A stretch of 21,953 nucleotides of DNA. Source: Pedosphaera sp. (GTDB lineage Bacteria; Verrucomicrobiota; Verrucomicrobiia; Limisphaerales; SIBH01). The stretch covers positions 1 to 21,953 of the forward strand of contig JANOQV010000153.1 in assembly GCA_031414955.1 (NCBI GenBank). The letters run 5' to 3'. The position numbers and the translations under genes are program-made. The notes beneath the pieces were generated by a model. That model had not been told where the DNA came from. It searched no databases and saw nothing but the letters and a program-made list of their open reading frames with translations. This document shows positions 1 to 9,104 of the stretch, piece by piece. The number at the start of each line of letters is the position of its first letter. Position 1 is the stretch's first letter.

Positions 1-423
1 CACAAAATCCATCACGAGAAAATGCTGCCCGTCGTGAACGCCGACTTCGTGAATGGCGACGATGTTTGGATGATGCAGGCTGCCAGCGGACACGGCCTCC
101 ATTTTGAACCGGCGAATCAAATCGTCGCCCGACAGCGATCCGGAGAGCAACAGCTTCACCGCCACGATGCGGTCGAGACTCTTCTGTCGTGCGCGATAGA
201 CGATGCCCATTCCGCCGCGCGCGATTTCCTCCAGCAGTTCGTAGTCGCCAAAATTCTGGCAGCCGCCGGTGTGAACCGGCGGCACTTCGGCACTGCTGTC
301 GCCGCCGCGATTACCCGCCGCCCTCGGCAGGTCACTCAACGCGCAGTGCGGACACAATCCTGCCGGCACATGGGGCGGAAGCTCGCTTCCGCACTCCGCA
401 CAGCGTTGGACAGAGGCATTCAT
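1..423 (-). CDS. Ser/Thr protein kinase (Hanks type), N-terminal part, with CxxC-x12-CxxC zinc ribbon; runs off the left edge
   Basis: Not in the ORF track. Manual minus-strand translation from ATG 423: [29 protein letters not shown]...[37 protein letters not shown]...[38 protein letters not shown] (Gly-rich loop, VAVK, HPNIV). Confidence 0.95.
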   Translation of the reverse strand, partial: MNASVQRCAECGSELPPHVPAGLCPHCALSDLPRAAGNRGGDSSAEVPPVHTGGCQNFGDYELLEEIARGGMGIVYRARQKSLDRIVAVKLLLSGSLSGDDLIRRFKMEAVSAGSLHHPNIVAIHEVGVHDGQHFLVMDFV

Positions 424-436
424 TGGTTCTTACCCG

Positions 437-465
437 CTACAGGGACAAACGGCGGCAAAGGTTGC
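437..465 (-). promoter_or_regulatory. Possible ECF-type promoter between the sigma gene and the kinase gene
   Basis: Minus strand reads GCAACC-N17-CTGTAG, ending 13 nt before the kinase ATG; AAC-type -35 and GTA-type -10 geometry. Confidence 0.35.
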
Positions 466-478
466 TCTAATTCTGAAT

Positions 479-1228
479 TCAGCGCGCAAAAATCTGCATC
501 AGGTGCTGGACCTCAGCCTCGACTTCAGCGGGTTCGTCCACCGTTTGCGCGATTTCGTCCCGCAACAACTCACCATAGCGGCGGCGGAAACTATGCACCG
601 TGTTCTTCATGGCCTGTTCCGTCAGGCCGAGCGCCGCGCCAATCTCCGCGTAACTGCGCGCGCCGTGTTCGCCCGGTTGCAAGTCTTTGAGCTGCTCGAA
701 CAGTTCCGACTTGCCGCGCGCCGTGTATTCCTCGCGCAAGCGCCGCGCCGCCTCGTCCATGACCGCGCGCGCCCAGCGCCGGTCGTAGAGTTGATCGGCC
801 GAGAGTCCGTCCACTGGACCAAGCGCATCACGTTCCTCCGCCTCGCAGGCATCGAGAGAAATCAACTGCTGCCCGCCGCCGCGCTTTTGTGCGTTGGCGT
901 GGTCGCGCTGGTCAGAGAGAAAGTGTTTCAGGAACGTGAGCAGGAACGAGCGGAACTTGCCCCGCTGATCCTGCAAGTGGTCCAGCCCGTCCCGATGAAG
1001 AAACCGGCTGAGGAATTCCTGGGTGAGATCCTGCGCGTCATGCGCGCTGTGGCCCTCGCGGCGGAGGAAGTGATAGAGCGGCGGCCAGTAAGTGCGGCAG
1101 AGACGCTCGCGCGCCGCATCCGAGTCCGGCGAATCCTTGTCCCGCGCGCGCAACACCACGCTCCAGTGCGTGGTCACGAAGACGCGTCCGGCCGACTCGG
1201 AGGGAGGTGTTGGTTCCGTGGCAGACAT
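479..1228 (-). CDS. ECF sigma-70 factor of the Ser/Thr-kinase-associated type
   Basis: FVTTHWSVV N-terminus, sigma2 (YWPPLY...DAQDLTQEF...GKFRSFLL), AQKRGGG linker, sigma4 HTH (SYAEIGAALGLTEQAMK); directly upstream of the kinase, no anti-sigma gene nearby. Confidence 0.93.
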   Translation of the reverse strand: MSATEPTPPSESAGRVFVTTHWSVVLRARDKDSPDSDAARERLCRTYWPPLYHFLRREGHSAHDAQDLTQEFLSRFLHRDGLDHLQDQRGKFRSFLLTFLKHFLSDQRDHANAQKRGGGQQLISLDACEAEERDALGPVDGLSADQLYDRRWARAVMDEAARRLREEYTARGKSELFEQLKDLQPGEHGARSYAEIGAALGLTEQAMKNTVHSFRRRYGELLRDEIAQTVDEPAEVEAEVQHLMQIFAR

Positions 1229-1407
1229 GGCCGACGCGCAGACTGCCCCAGCCTGTGCTCAGACGCCAGCGAAACGATCGCCCGTCCGCAAGTCACAGCA
1301 GGATGGGCCGGCGGTGCTTGAGCTTGGCCAGATCGGAGGAATTGAATTGCCACGAGCAGGCTGAATCCGCCCCCAGCCGGAACTTCCGCCGGGGAGCGCT
1401 TTGCTGT

Positions 1408-1917
1408 TCAGATGCCGGTCAGATGCTTGATGACAATGGTCTTGTTCACGCCGTTCTGTCCCTTGAGAAACGCGCCCAGCTTGACCTTGTTCTCCACCTT
1501 GTTGACCACACCGGTGTAATGGACGCAGGCGCTGGGCAAGGTGATGGTCTCGTGGTGCAACGCCGGGCTGGGCGGCCACGCGGCGACAGCGCCAAAGGCA
1601 TCCGCCACCGCCGCCATGAGGTTCTGCAATTCGGCATCAGAGTCGAACTCGATGACGGTGTTGGTGTCCAGGGCGGCACCGCTGAAATTGAGGAACTCGC
1701 ACATCGCCTGGGCCTTCTCCCCGACCCCGCCCACGGTGCAGTCCCGCCGCGCCTTGCGCTCCGTCGCGCTCTCCTGGTTGGTGTTCAGCATGTGTTTCGC
1801 GCCGAACGCGGTATCACCGCTGACCAGTTGCAGGTGGATGACATTGCCGCCAATGGCATAGGTCATCATCCAGAACGAGATTTCATCACCTTGGGTTTTC
1901 GTGAAAATGGCAGGCAT
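1408..1917 (-). CDS. Hypothetical protein, 169 aa
   Basis: ATG 1917 (MPAIFTKTQG...) preceded by AAGGA RBS; GC-rich third positions and globular-looking composition. The track start at 1995 is probably too long. Confidence 0.8.
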   Translation of the reverse strand: MPAIFTKTQGDEISFWMMTYAIGGNVIHLQLVSGDTAFGAKHMLNTNQESATERKARRDCTVGGVGEKAQAMCEFLNFSGAALDTNTVIEFDSDAELQNLMAAVADAFGAVAAWPPSPALHHETITLPSACVHYTGVVNKVENKVKLGAFLKGQNGVNKTIVIKHLTGI

Positions 1918-2263
1918 GTGAATGGTCCTTACTTGTTGAGTGAGTTGCTTGAATCGTGTTCTTGAACGCCCCGCGCAGGCGAGCCCGTTGGCCATTCATC
2001 CGGGCGGTGCTTCGTGGGCGAGTCTTCACCGATTCCAGGCCAAGTCAAGATTGTGAACTGACCGTCTCGGAAAGCATGTCATCGATACCGCCCTGAGTCC
2101 GGTCGCTCGCCTCCTCCGCGTGAAGACTCCGGCCGAGGGTTGAGGCTCGGAGCAAAGCCCGATCACGACGGCCCAGCGGATCAAGATCGGGCCGGTCCTG
2201 TCCCCAGGCACCCTCGCCGTGGTCCGTTTTAACTTCCGCCCTGTTTCCGCCGACTACTGGGAC

Positions 2264-3694
2264 ATGCAGTGGTTGGCCCTGAGCCAGATTAAATCATCGG
2301 ATACCGGCCGACGCCTTCAAGCGATCGAGGCGCTCGGCCGAGTCAATGATCTCAAGGCCGTGGTCGCGCTCATCGGGGCCCTGGCCGATCCCGTGCCCCA
2401 GGTGCGCGTGGCGGCGGTGCAGGCCATCGGCGGGTTGCAGGATGAGCGTTGCGTGCAGCCGCTCCTCTCCACGCTGCGCGATGCTGACGCCCGAGTACGC
2501 GAGGCCGCCCTGATCGCGCTCAAAACCATTGGCCATATTTCGGCCGTGCCTTATCTGGTCCCGTTTCTCTCGGATCCGGCCCCGGCGGTGCGGGCCCGGG
2601 CCGCCGCCGCGCTCCAGCACTTCGGCTGGGTGCCGGCGAGCGAGGCCGAACGGGTGCATTACCATGTCGCGGCCGGGCAGTTCATGAAGGCCGCAGCCGT
2701 CGGCCCGGCCGCGCTGGAGCCGTTGCTGGCCGTCCTGTCGGATGAATCCGGCTCCCGCCGCCGCGCCGTGACCGAAGCCTTGTGCGAACTCGGCGACGCG
2801 CGGGCTCTCGCCGCCGTGGCCGGGATGCTTGAAGATCCGGACTCGGGCGTGCGCATTTCAGCCCTGAGCGCGCTGGGGCGCACTCACGATTCGACCTTTG
2901 CCCCGGTGCTGCTCAAACAACTCGAACATCCCGACAAAAATGTGCGGGCTTCGGTGCTCGATGCTCTGGCCAAGGTGGGCTACGACGACATTTTTCCCGT
3001 CCTCGTGAACGCGCTCAAGGACGCGCACTGGAATGTGCGCGTGGTGGCCGCCGCCGCGCTCGGGCGCAGCGACGATCCGCGCGCGTTGAATCCGCTGCTG
3101 GAAGTGCTCGGTGAATCCGACACCGACGTGCGCCAGGCCGCGGCCGAAGCCATTGGCAAGCTGCGCGATCAGCGTGCCATCGAGCCGCTGATTCTGGCCC
3201 TGCTCGATCCGGACAGCGCCGTGCGCCAGGCCATCAACAAGGCGCTAGCCCAACTCGACCCCGAGTGGACCAAATCCGAACCGGCCCGACGCACCCTGCC
3301 CGCATTGAAGACGGCCTTGAAGGATGGGGACTATTTTGTCCGCCAGACCGCCGCCCATTTGTTGAACCGCATTTTCAACATCCGCCAGTGCGAGCCTTCC
3401 CTGCTGGCCGACGTGAACGCGGAAACCACGCGGCGCGAGCGTGCGGTCGAGGTGTTCACCTCGATTCTTTGGGATAACGATCCGCTGTTGCGTTTCGCCG
3501 GCGTATGGGCGCTGCACCAGATCGGCGATGTTCGGGCCGTGACGCCCATCTCGGCCAAACTCCAAGACCTGGATTGCTGCGTGCGCCGAGCCGCCGAAAT
3601 CGCCGTGGCCGAACTGGGCGTGCGCGAGCAGGCCCGTGCCTTGGGGCAAGCGGCGGCCACGAGTGATACTTGGGGCACCGGGCCCGTGGTCTGA
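2264..3694 (+). CDS. HEAT/PBS-lyase-like repeat protein, 476 aa
   Basis: Many repeats of L..D....VR..AA.ALG (e.g. ALADPVPQVRVAAVQAIG, ALKDAHWNVRVVAAAALG); ATG 2264 preferred over GTG 2219. Confidence 0.93.
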   Translation: MQWLALSQIKSSDTGRRLQAIEALGRVNDLKAVVALIGALADPVPQVRVAAVQAIGGLQDERCVQPLLSTLRDADARVREAALIALKTIGHISAVPYLVPFLSDPAPAVRARAAAALQHFGWVPASEAERVHYHVAAGQFMKAAAVGPAALEPLLAVLSDESGSRRRAVTEALCELGDARALAAVAGMLEDPDSGVRISALSALGRTHDSTFAPVLLKQLEHPDKNVRASVLDALAKVGYDDIFPVLVNALKDAHWNVRVVAAAALGRSDDPRALNPLLEVLGESDTDVRQAAAEAIGKLRDQRAIEPLILALLDPDSAVRQAINKALAQLDPEWTKSEPARRTLPALKTALKDGDYFVRQTAAHLLNRIFNIRQCEPSLLADVNAETTRRERAVEVFTSILWDNDPLLRFAGVWALHQIGDVRAVTPISAKLQDLDCCVRRAAEIAVAELGVREQARALGQAAATSDTWGTGPVV

Positions 3695-3767
3695 AGTCCA
3701 AACCCTGGACTCCACATTCTTCCCGCCGGGCCGGGCAGTTTTTTCCCATGAACCAACCAGCGGGTGG

Positions 3768-5156
3768 CTACGGCCGGCGGCCAAGAAGCTTTGTGATTGC
3801 CGCCAGGAGCACGCGCTCCACTTCCGGCGCGACGTTCGAGGCTCCGGGACTCGTCTCATAACCACCCTGCTCGTAGGCGATGGCCGTGCCGATGTAGCCG
3901 GGGCCATAGTCCCCATAGCCCGCCACGGTCACGAACAGATCCGGCCGCGCCGCTTTCGCCGCCAGTTGATATTCCACAAACGGCTCCCCAGGAAGATGAA
4001 CGACCCGCGCCCGCCCCAGGGTGAGGCAACTGATGTCGATGCGGTGGCCCGCCTGGCAACGGCGCAACCAGGCGATCTTCGACGAGCCGCCTTGCAGGAA
4101 GAAGGACGCGTCACGGCCCCGCAACTGGTCCCGCATTTCCTCCAACACGAGATGTTTCGCCGGCGGCAGCGCGACCGGCTCCACGGCCCAATTGACGTCG
4201 GCGAGGGTGATGGGCTCGATCTTGGTGGACTCGAAGGCGCGCTTCATTCCGTCCGCCACGCGCTCCGCGAGCACGAGCCGGTTCTCCGGCGAGCCGTCGT
4301 TGTATTTTCCGGCGCCGATGTTGCCGCCCGCGCCGTTGAAGTGGACGTGCAGCGCCGTGGGCAGCGCGAGCTGGCGCAGGAAGCGCGCCACGCCGGGAAA
4401 GTCGGGATTGGGCACGCCGGTGCGGTAATAGCTTTGCGGATGCGTGGCGTAATGGCTGACCAACGCCACGGCCTGCGTGCCGTTCCAGAAACTGATGAGC
4501 GTAAGCATCGGATCGATGACCCCCGCCGGCTCCGCGCGCAGCACCGGGTCTTTGGTGGCAGTGAAGCGCGTCTTGATCTTGCCGTCCGCGCCGAGGATGC
4601 GCCGGTTCGACGCCACCTGGAAAACCTCCGCCTGCCCCAGCCCGAGATGGGTGACGGGCCGGGCGCGGTCGAGTGATTCCTGCACGGCTCGCTGCAACCG
4701 CGCGATGACTTGGCGGGGGAAATCCCCGTTGTAGTTCAACGTCTCGATCTTCGCCTCGTTCAGCACCTGTTCGGCTCCGAAGTCGCAATCCGGCGCGTCG
4801 TGCTGATGCAGGGCGTGGATCGCCACGCGGCTGATCTCCGTGCCGGCCGCTTCGGCCAGGGCGCGCCGGAAGGCGTCATGCCCTTCGTTCGCGATCCCGA
4901 TCCAATCCACCGCGCACAACACGATGGGCTTTTCCGCGCCGAGCAGCACGAAGCCTCTCGCCCGCAGGGTCAAATCCCACCCATTCGTCACCCGGTCGTA
5001 GGCCATGTGGCTGCCGATGGGCGGCGTGACATCAATGTCGAAGGTCGCGAGGCGCAGGCCAGCCGGGGCGGGATGGCGTGGAGCGGCGGCGGCGGCCGGG
5101 GCGTGGCTGGTGAGGAGCGCCACCAGCACGGTGCCGAGCAAAACTTGGGTGAACAT
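3768..5156 (-). CDS. Secreted neutral/alkaline ceramidase-like metallohydrolase (hypothetical)
   Basis: Sec signal peptide; DIDVTPPIG, L.ARGFVL, HALHQHDAP, YATHP, LPGEPFVEY and GGYE motifs typical of ceramidase-like proteins common in PVC bacteria. Confidence 0.8.
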   Translation of the reverse strand: MFTQVLLGTVLVALLTSHAPAAAAAPRHPAPAGLRLATFDIDVTPPIGSHMAYDRVTNGWDLTLRARGFVLLGAEKPIVLCAVDWIGIANEGHDAFRRALAEAAGTEISRVAIHALHQHDAPDCDFGAEQVLNEAKIETLNYNGDFPRQVIARLQRAVQESLDRARPVTHLGLGQAEVFQVASNRRILGADGKIKTRFTATKDPVLRAEPAGVIDPMLTLISFWNGTQAVALVSHYATHPQSYYRTGVPNPDFPGVARFLRQLALPTALHVHFNGAGGNIGAGKYNDGSPENRLVLAERVADGMKRAFESTKIEPITLADVNWAVEPVALPPAKHLVLEEMRDQLRGRDASFFLQGGSSKIAWLRRCQAGHRIDISCLTLGRARVVHLPGEPFVEYQLAAKAARPDLFVTVAGYGDYGPGYIGTAIAYEQGGYETSPGASNVAPEVERVLLAAITKLLGRRP

Positions 5157-5329
5157 GCGCGCACCCTAATTGAACTGTCCCGTTGGGAACAGCATGAAGC
5201 AGCGGATGGGGAAAGAGCGCGGTCACTCTCAACGGCGCGTCCTCCAGGAATAATCCCGTCGGGAACAGGCCCGGGCCGTGTCCTTGAAAACCCTCGCCTC
5301 GTCCGCCTCCGATTTCTAAAGTTGGCCCC

Positions 5330-5590
5330 ATGAACAAGGTGGTGCGAGCGGTGCTGTTGGTGCTGGCGTTGGCCGGCTTTCTCCTCTTCTTCACCTTCCA
5401 CATCCAGAAGCTCGGGCCGGCCCAGTCGGTGACGGTGGGCTTCAATCTCTCCCCCTGGCTGAAGTGGTCGCGCCTGAAGGGTTTCGAGCGCATGAGCGAG
5501 AAGACGGAATTCAACTTGATCTCCTGGTCGGTAGCCGGCCTCGGGGCGGGCCTCGTGCTGCTCGTCCTGCGCTCGCGCGTGAAGCCTTAG
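5330..5590 (+). CDS. Small two-TM membrane protein, 86 aa
   Basis: Two hydrophobic segments (VLLVLALAGFLLFFTF; ISWSVAGLGAGLVLLVL) with basic termini; plausible codon usage. Confidence 0.7.
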   Translation: MNKVVRAVLLVLALAGFLLFFTFHIQKLGPAQSVTVGFNLSPWLKWSRLKGFERMSEKTEFNLISWSVAGLGAGLVLLVLRSRVKP

Positions 5591-5786
5591 CCGGAGCGAT
5601 GCAGATGAAGCCTCACGCGCAGTCCGCCCAGGACGCAAAGGACGGAGCGAAGGACATGATTTCATTTGCCCAAGAGGCCTCACAAAAAGGTGAGGGTCCT
5701 ACAAGAACACGACGATGAATTCCTTTGCGCCCTGGGCGGACTTCGCGTGAGGCCCAACGGTTCTCGACTGCATGGTTCCGGCTAAG
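5586..5786. mobile_element. MITE-like non-autonomous element with terminal inverted repeats, TA duplication and a nested 33-bp inverted repeat
   Basis: 5586-5604 CTTAGCCGGAGCGATGCAG vs 5768-5786 reverse complement CTTAGCCGGAACCATGCAG (17/19); inner IR 5610-5642 / 5721-5753 (31/33); TA at 5588-5589 and 5783-5784. Confidence 0.75.
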
Positions 5787-5794
5787 ACGCAGCA

Positions 5795-7279
5795 TCAAAT
5801 AATTCTCCGAATCGCCTCCGCGCCTTCTACTCCGACGAGCTTCTGATCCAGCCCGCCGTAAAAGTAAGTCAGCTTGTCCGGATCAAGTCCCATCTGCGTG
5901 AGCGCGGTGGCGTGGAGATTTTTCACCTGGAGCCGATCGCTCACGGCGGCGGCGCCCAGTTCATCCGTCTCGCCCACGCTTGTGCCGCCCTTGATGCCGC
6001 CGCCGGCCATCCACATGGTGAAGCCGTAGGCATTGTGGTCGCGGCCGGTGCCGGCGGCGTTTTCCGCCGTGGGCTGGCGGCCAAATTCACCACCCCAGAT
6101 GACGAGCGTGCTGTCGAGCAGGCCGCGTTGCTTAAGATCCTTGAGCAGCGCGGCGATGGGCTTGTCCGTGCGGCCGGCGTGGTAATTGTGGTTCTTCACC
6201 AGATCGCCGTGCGCGTCCCAGTTGTCGTCGTTATGCGCGCCGCCCGCGTAGAGCTGGATGAAGCGCACCCCGCGCTCCACCAGACGGCGGGTGAGCAGGC
6301 AGCGTCGGCCGAAGTCTTCCGTGCGCTTGTCATTGAGCCCGTACAGCTCGCGCGTGGCGGCGCTCTCCTTGCTCAAGTCCACCGCGTCCGGCGCGTGGCG
6401 CTGCATGTTGAAAGCCAGCTCGTAGCTCGCGATGCGCGCGGCGAGCTGGCTGTTGTCGGCGCGATGCGACTGATGCTCGGTGTTGAATTCCTTGAGGGTA
6501 TCGAGGAAGCGGCGTTGCGCCGTCTCGCTTAACTGCGGGGGTCGCTGCAAATCCAGAATCGGATCACCCGCCGAGCGCATGAGCGTGGCTTGATAACTGG
6601 CCGGCATGTATCCGCTGGCCCAGTTCTTCGCGCCGCTGATCGGGCCGCCCGTCGGGTCGAGCATGACCACGAAGCCGGGCAGGTTCTCGTTCACGCTGCC
6701 CAGTCCGTAGTTCACCCACGAGCCAAGGCACGGGCTGCCGGAGAGGATTTTCCCCGTGTTCATCTGCAACATCGCCGAGCCATGCAGCGGCGAATCGGCC
6801 GTCATGGAATGCAGGAACGCGATGTCATCGACGCAGGTCGCGAGGTTCGGGAAGAGGTCGCTGACCCATTTGCCGCACTGGCCGTATTGCTTGAACTGCC
6901 ACTTCGGTCCGACCACGCGGCCTTCGTTCTTCTTGCCGCCGCGCCCAAACGTCTTCACCGGCACGGTCTGGCCATCGAGCGGATAGAGCGCGGGCTTGTA
7001 ATCGAAGGTGTCCACCTGGCTCGGCCCTCCATACATGAACAGGAAAATCACGCTCTTGGCCTTGGGCGCGAAATGCGGCGGCTTCGGGGCGAGCGGGTTG
7101 ATAAATTTTGAGGCGAGGGTGGCCGCGCTGGCTTCGCTCGCGAAAAACTGGTCAAGCGAAAGCAAGCCTGTCAGCGCCAGGCCGGTGAAGCCCGCGCCGG
7201 CCTGCCAAAGGAACTCGCGCCGGGTGCGCTGGCAGAATGGACCCGCACCGCCCGTCGTGGCTGACCATTGTTCGCTCAT
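5795..7279 (-). CDS. DUF1501 family (sulfatase-like) protein with Tat signal, 494 aa
   Basis: TRREFL twin-arginine motif; AKSVIFLFMYGGPSQVDTFDYKP, RRLVERGVRFIQLY, WDAH, WGGEFGRQP, GRDHN, WMAGGGIKGG. Start taken at ATG 7279 (MSEQW). Confidence 0.93.
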   Translation of the reverse strand: MSEQWSATTGGAGPFCQRTRREFLWQAGAGFTGLALTGLLSLDQFFASEASAATLASKFINPLAPKPPHFAPKAKSVIFLFMYGGPSQVDTFDYKPALYPLDGQTVPVKTFGRGGKKNEGRVVGPKWQFKQYGQCGKWVSDLFPNLATCVDDIAFLHSMTADSPLHGSAMLQMNTGKILSGSPCLGSWVNYGLGSVNENLPGFVVMLDPTGGPISGAKNWASGYMPASYQATLMRSAGDPILDLQRPPQLSETAQRRFLDTLKEFNTEHQSHRADNSQLAARIASYELAFNMQRHAPDAVDLSKESAATRELYGLNDKRTEDFGRRCLLTRRLVERGVRFIQLYAGGAHNDDNWDAHGDLVKNHNYHAGRTDKPIAALLKDLKQRGLLDSTLVIWGGEFGRQPTAENAAGTGRDHNAYGFTMWMAGGGIKGGTSVGETDELGAAAVSDRLQVKNLHATALTQMGLDPDKLTYFYGGLDQKLVGVEGAEAIRRII

Positions 7280-7809
7280 GCTGGGTTTGTGGACGCTCCA
7301 GGGCGGTGAACCCATTCGCTTAAAATAGAGGTTCCCGCTGCCTTTCCTCGCCGCCGCTCGCCGGAGGTTCATGCCTTTTCCGGTGGAAAGCGTCGGCGCT
7401 TCTTTGGATCGGCCCGTTTCGGCGGGCTGGCCAGGTTGTGCGGATTCACGAGCACGCGCCGATGTTGACCGGGCTGGTTGTGGAGTTGCAGGCCGGAACC
7501 GGGCCTCCGGTCAGGCGAACGTGTTGCCAATGGCACCGCGAGGACGATCAACGGGGCAGAAAAGTCTGGTTGAACGAGGCGGAAACAGGGATGAAATCCG
7601 GGCGGCATTTTTATGCGACACGCAACCATGTTCATCATTACCCGGTGCCTTGCGGTCCCGCGTGGATCGCGACGGATGCGCCCTTGGGCCGGGCGGCGGC
7701 CTGGCTCGAACGGGCCGGGCCGGGGCGGCGGCAGTATCCAGGGCTGGCTTAGGGACAGGATGGGGATAAGCCAGGCGGGTGCTTCTGCCACCAACGCACA
7801 AGCTGAAGC

Positions 7810-8403
7810 TTGAACTCCAACAAATACTTCAAGGCCATCGCCGCGATGAGCGAGAACCGTGTCATCGGGGACGGAAACAAAATCCCCTGGCATCTGCCCG
7901 AAGACTTCAAGTGGTTCAAAAAGATGACCACGGGGAACGTGGTGGTGATGGGGCGCAAGACCTTCGAGTCCATCGGCAAGCCCTTGCCCAATCGCAAGAG
8001 CCTGGTTCTGACCCGGCATCCGCAGCGGTTGATCAGCGCCCACCCGGAACTCTTCGGTCATTACCACGAGTGGCGCGGCGGCAAGCATCTCCAGCGCGCC
8101 TACCAGATTCATTTCACCAAGCTGGATGGCAATCCGGCCGATGACATCTTCATCTTTAACTCCCTCGACAAGCTGAACCCCGATGAATTCCCGACGGACA
8201 TCTTCATTTGTGGCGGCGCACAGATTTACGAGCAGACCCTGCCGCGCTGCTCGGACCTCTATCTGACGCGTGTGAAGCGGACCTGCGCCGGCGACGCCTT
8301 CCTTCCGCCGTTCGAAGATTCCTTTGAGCGCCAGGCCATCCTGCGGGACACGCCCGAGTTCGCCATTGAGCACTGGCGGCACAAGAATTTGCTCGCGGAC
8401 TAG
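7810..8403 (+). CDS. folA: Dihydrofolate reductase with internal insertion
   Basis: [66 protein letters not shown] start. Confidence 0.95.
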   Translation: MNSNKYFKAIAAMSENRVIGDGNKIPWHLPEDFKWFKKMTTGNVVVMGRKTFESIGKPLPNRKSLVLTRHPQRLISAHPELFGHYHEWRGGKHLQRAYQIHFTKLDGNPADDIFIFNSLDKLNPDEFPTDIFICGGAQIYEQTLPRCSDLYLTRVKRTCAGDAFLPPFEDSFERQAILRDTPEFAIEHWRHKNLLAD

Positions 8404-8418
8404 GCGACCGGTGCCGGC

Positions 8419-8970
8419 ATGGAAACATCCTCCGCCATGAATCACACCGTCGAGCCAGCCTGGTTCTGTTTGCGCAGCCAGGTGCGGCACGAGGCCGGGG
8501 CGGCGGCCCGACTGCGCCTGGAGGGCATCGAGGTGTTTCTGCCCCGCATCCGGTTCAAGCGCGCCACTGTGCGCGGTCCGGTCTGGGTGACGGAGGCGCT
8601 GTTCCCCGGCTATCTCTTCGCCCGGTTCGACTGGGTCGCGTCGCAACGACTGGTCCGGCACGCCCCGGGCGTGAGCACCATCGTGAGCTTCGGGCCGCAT
8701 GTGCCGAGCGTGCCGGCGGAGGTGATCGCCGCCCTGCGCACGACCATTGGCGCCCAGGAATTGCATGAGATTTCGCACGAGATGATTCCTGGCGACGCGG
8801 TGCAAATCTCGGGCGGGGTGCTGCACGGACTTTCGGCGGTCGTGACCCAGGTTCTGCCTGCGCGGGAACGAGTGCGGGTCTTGCTGGAGTTTCTGGGGCA
8901 GCAAACCAGTGTGGAAGTGGAGGCCTCAGCCGTGGTGGCGCAGGCCCAGCCTCGGCGCGGGATTCTTTAA
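8419..8970 (+). CDS. RfaH-like NusG-paralog transcription antiterminator
   Basis: NGN domain (WFCLRSQVRHE...EVFLP...ALFPGYLFARF) and KOW domain (PGDAVQISGGVLHGLSAVV...RVRVLLEFLG). The start could be 8437. Confidence 0.88.
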   Translation: METSSAMNHTVEPAWFCLRSQVRHEAGAAARLRLEGIEVFLPRIRFKRATVRGPVWVTEALFPGYLFARFDWVASQRLVRHAPGVSTIVSFGPHVPSVPAEVIAALRTTIGAQELHEISHEMIPGDAVQISGGVLHGLSAVVTQVLPARERVRVLLEFLGQQTSVEVEASAVVAQAQPRRGIL

Positions 8971-9104
8971 CCCGCGCGCCTGGGCCAGGCCACCGGCCGG
9001 GCTGAGGTTCGACCTCGGAATGCGGGTTTAACGCGGCCGGGCTGAAGCGGTGACGCGTGCCCTCCGTCGTGAATGACGGACCGCACCGTGGCCAGGGGCG
9101 CCAT

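Noticed and set aside
22..690. 222-aa plus-strand ORF
   Set aside because: Antisense shadow of the kinase and ECF genes; the minus strand carries the real motifs.
2021..2048. TTGACT-N16-AAGACT as a sigma70 promoter for the 169-aa gene (minus strand)
   Set aside because: The -10 lacks the conserved first T; too weak to call without TSS data.
2264..3694. HEAT-repeat protein as part of a signalling module
   Set aside because: Divergent from the orphan gene and not linked to either kinase by any sequence evidence; such proteins are common in this lineage.
7726..7738. GGCGGCAG as a possible ops site for the RfaH-like protein
   Set aside because: Mismatch to GGCGGTAG and expected by chance at this GC content.
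7438..7752. 104-aa ORF (and overlapping 66-aa and 132-aa ORFs) upstream of folA
   Set aside because: No motif, no clear RBS and several competing frames; none can be supported as a gene.
7369..8904. 511-aa minus-strand ORF
   Set aside because: Antisense to folA and the RfaH-like gene; no recognisable domain.
8968..9045. Small hairpin (GAGGT-TCG-ACCTC) and 12-nt direct repeat CGGCCGGGCTGA after the RfaH-like gene
   Set aside because: Only two copies, short stems and no U tract; not a CRISPR array and not a convincing terminator.
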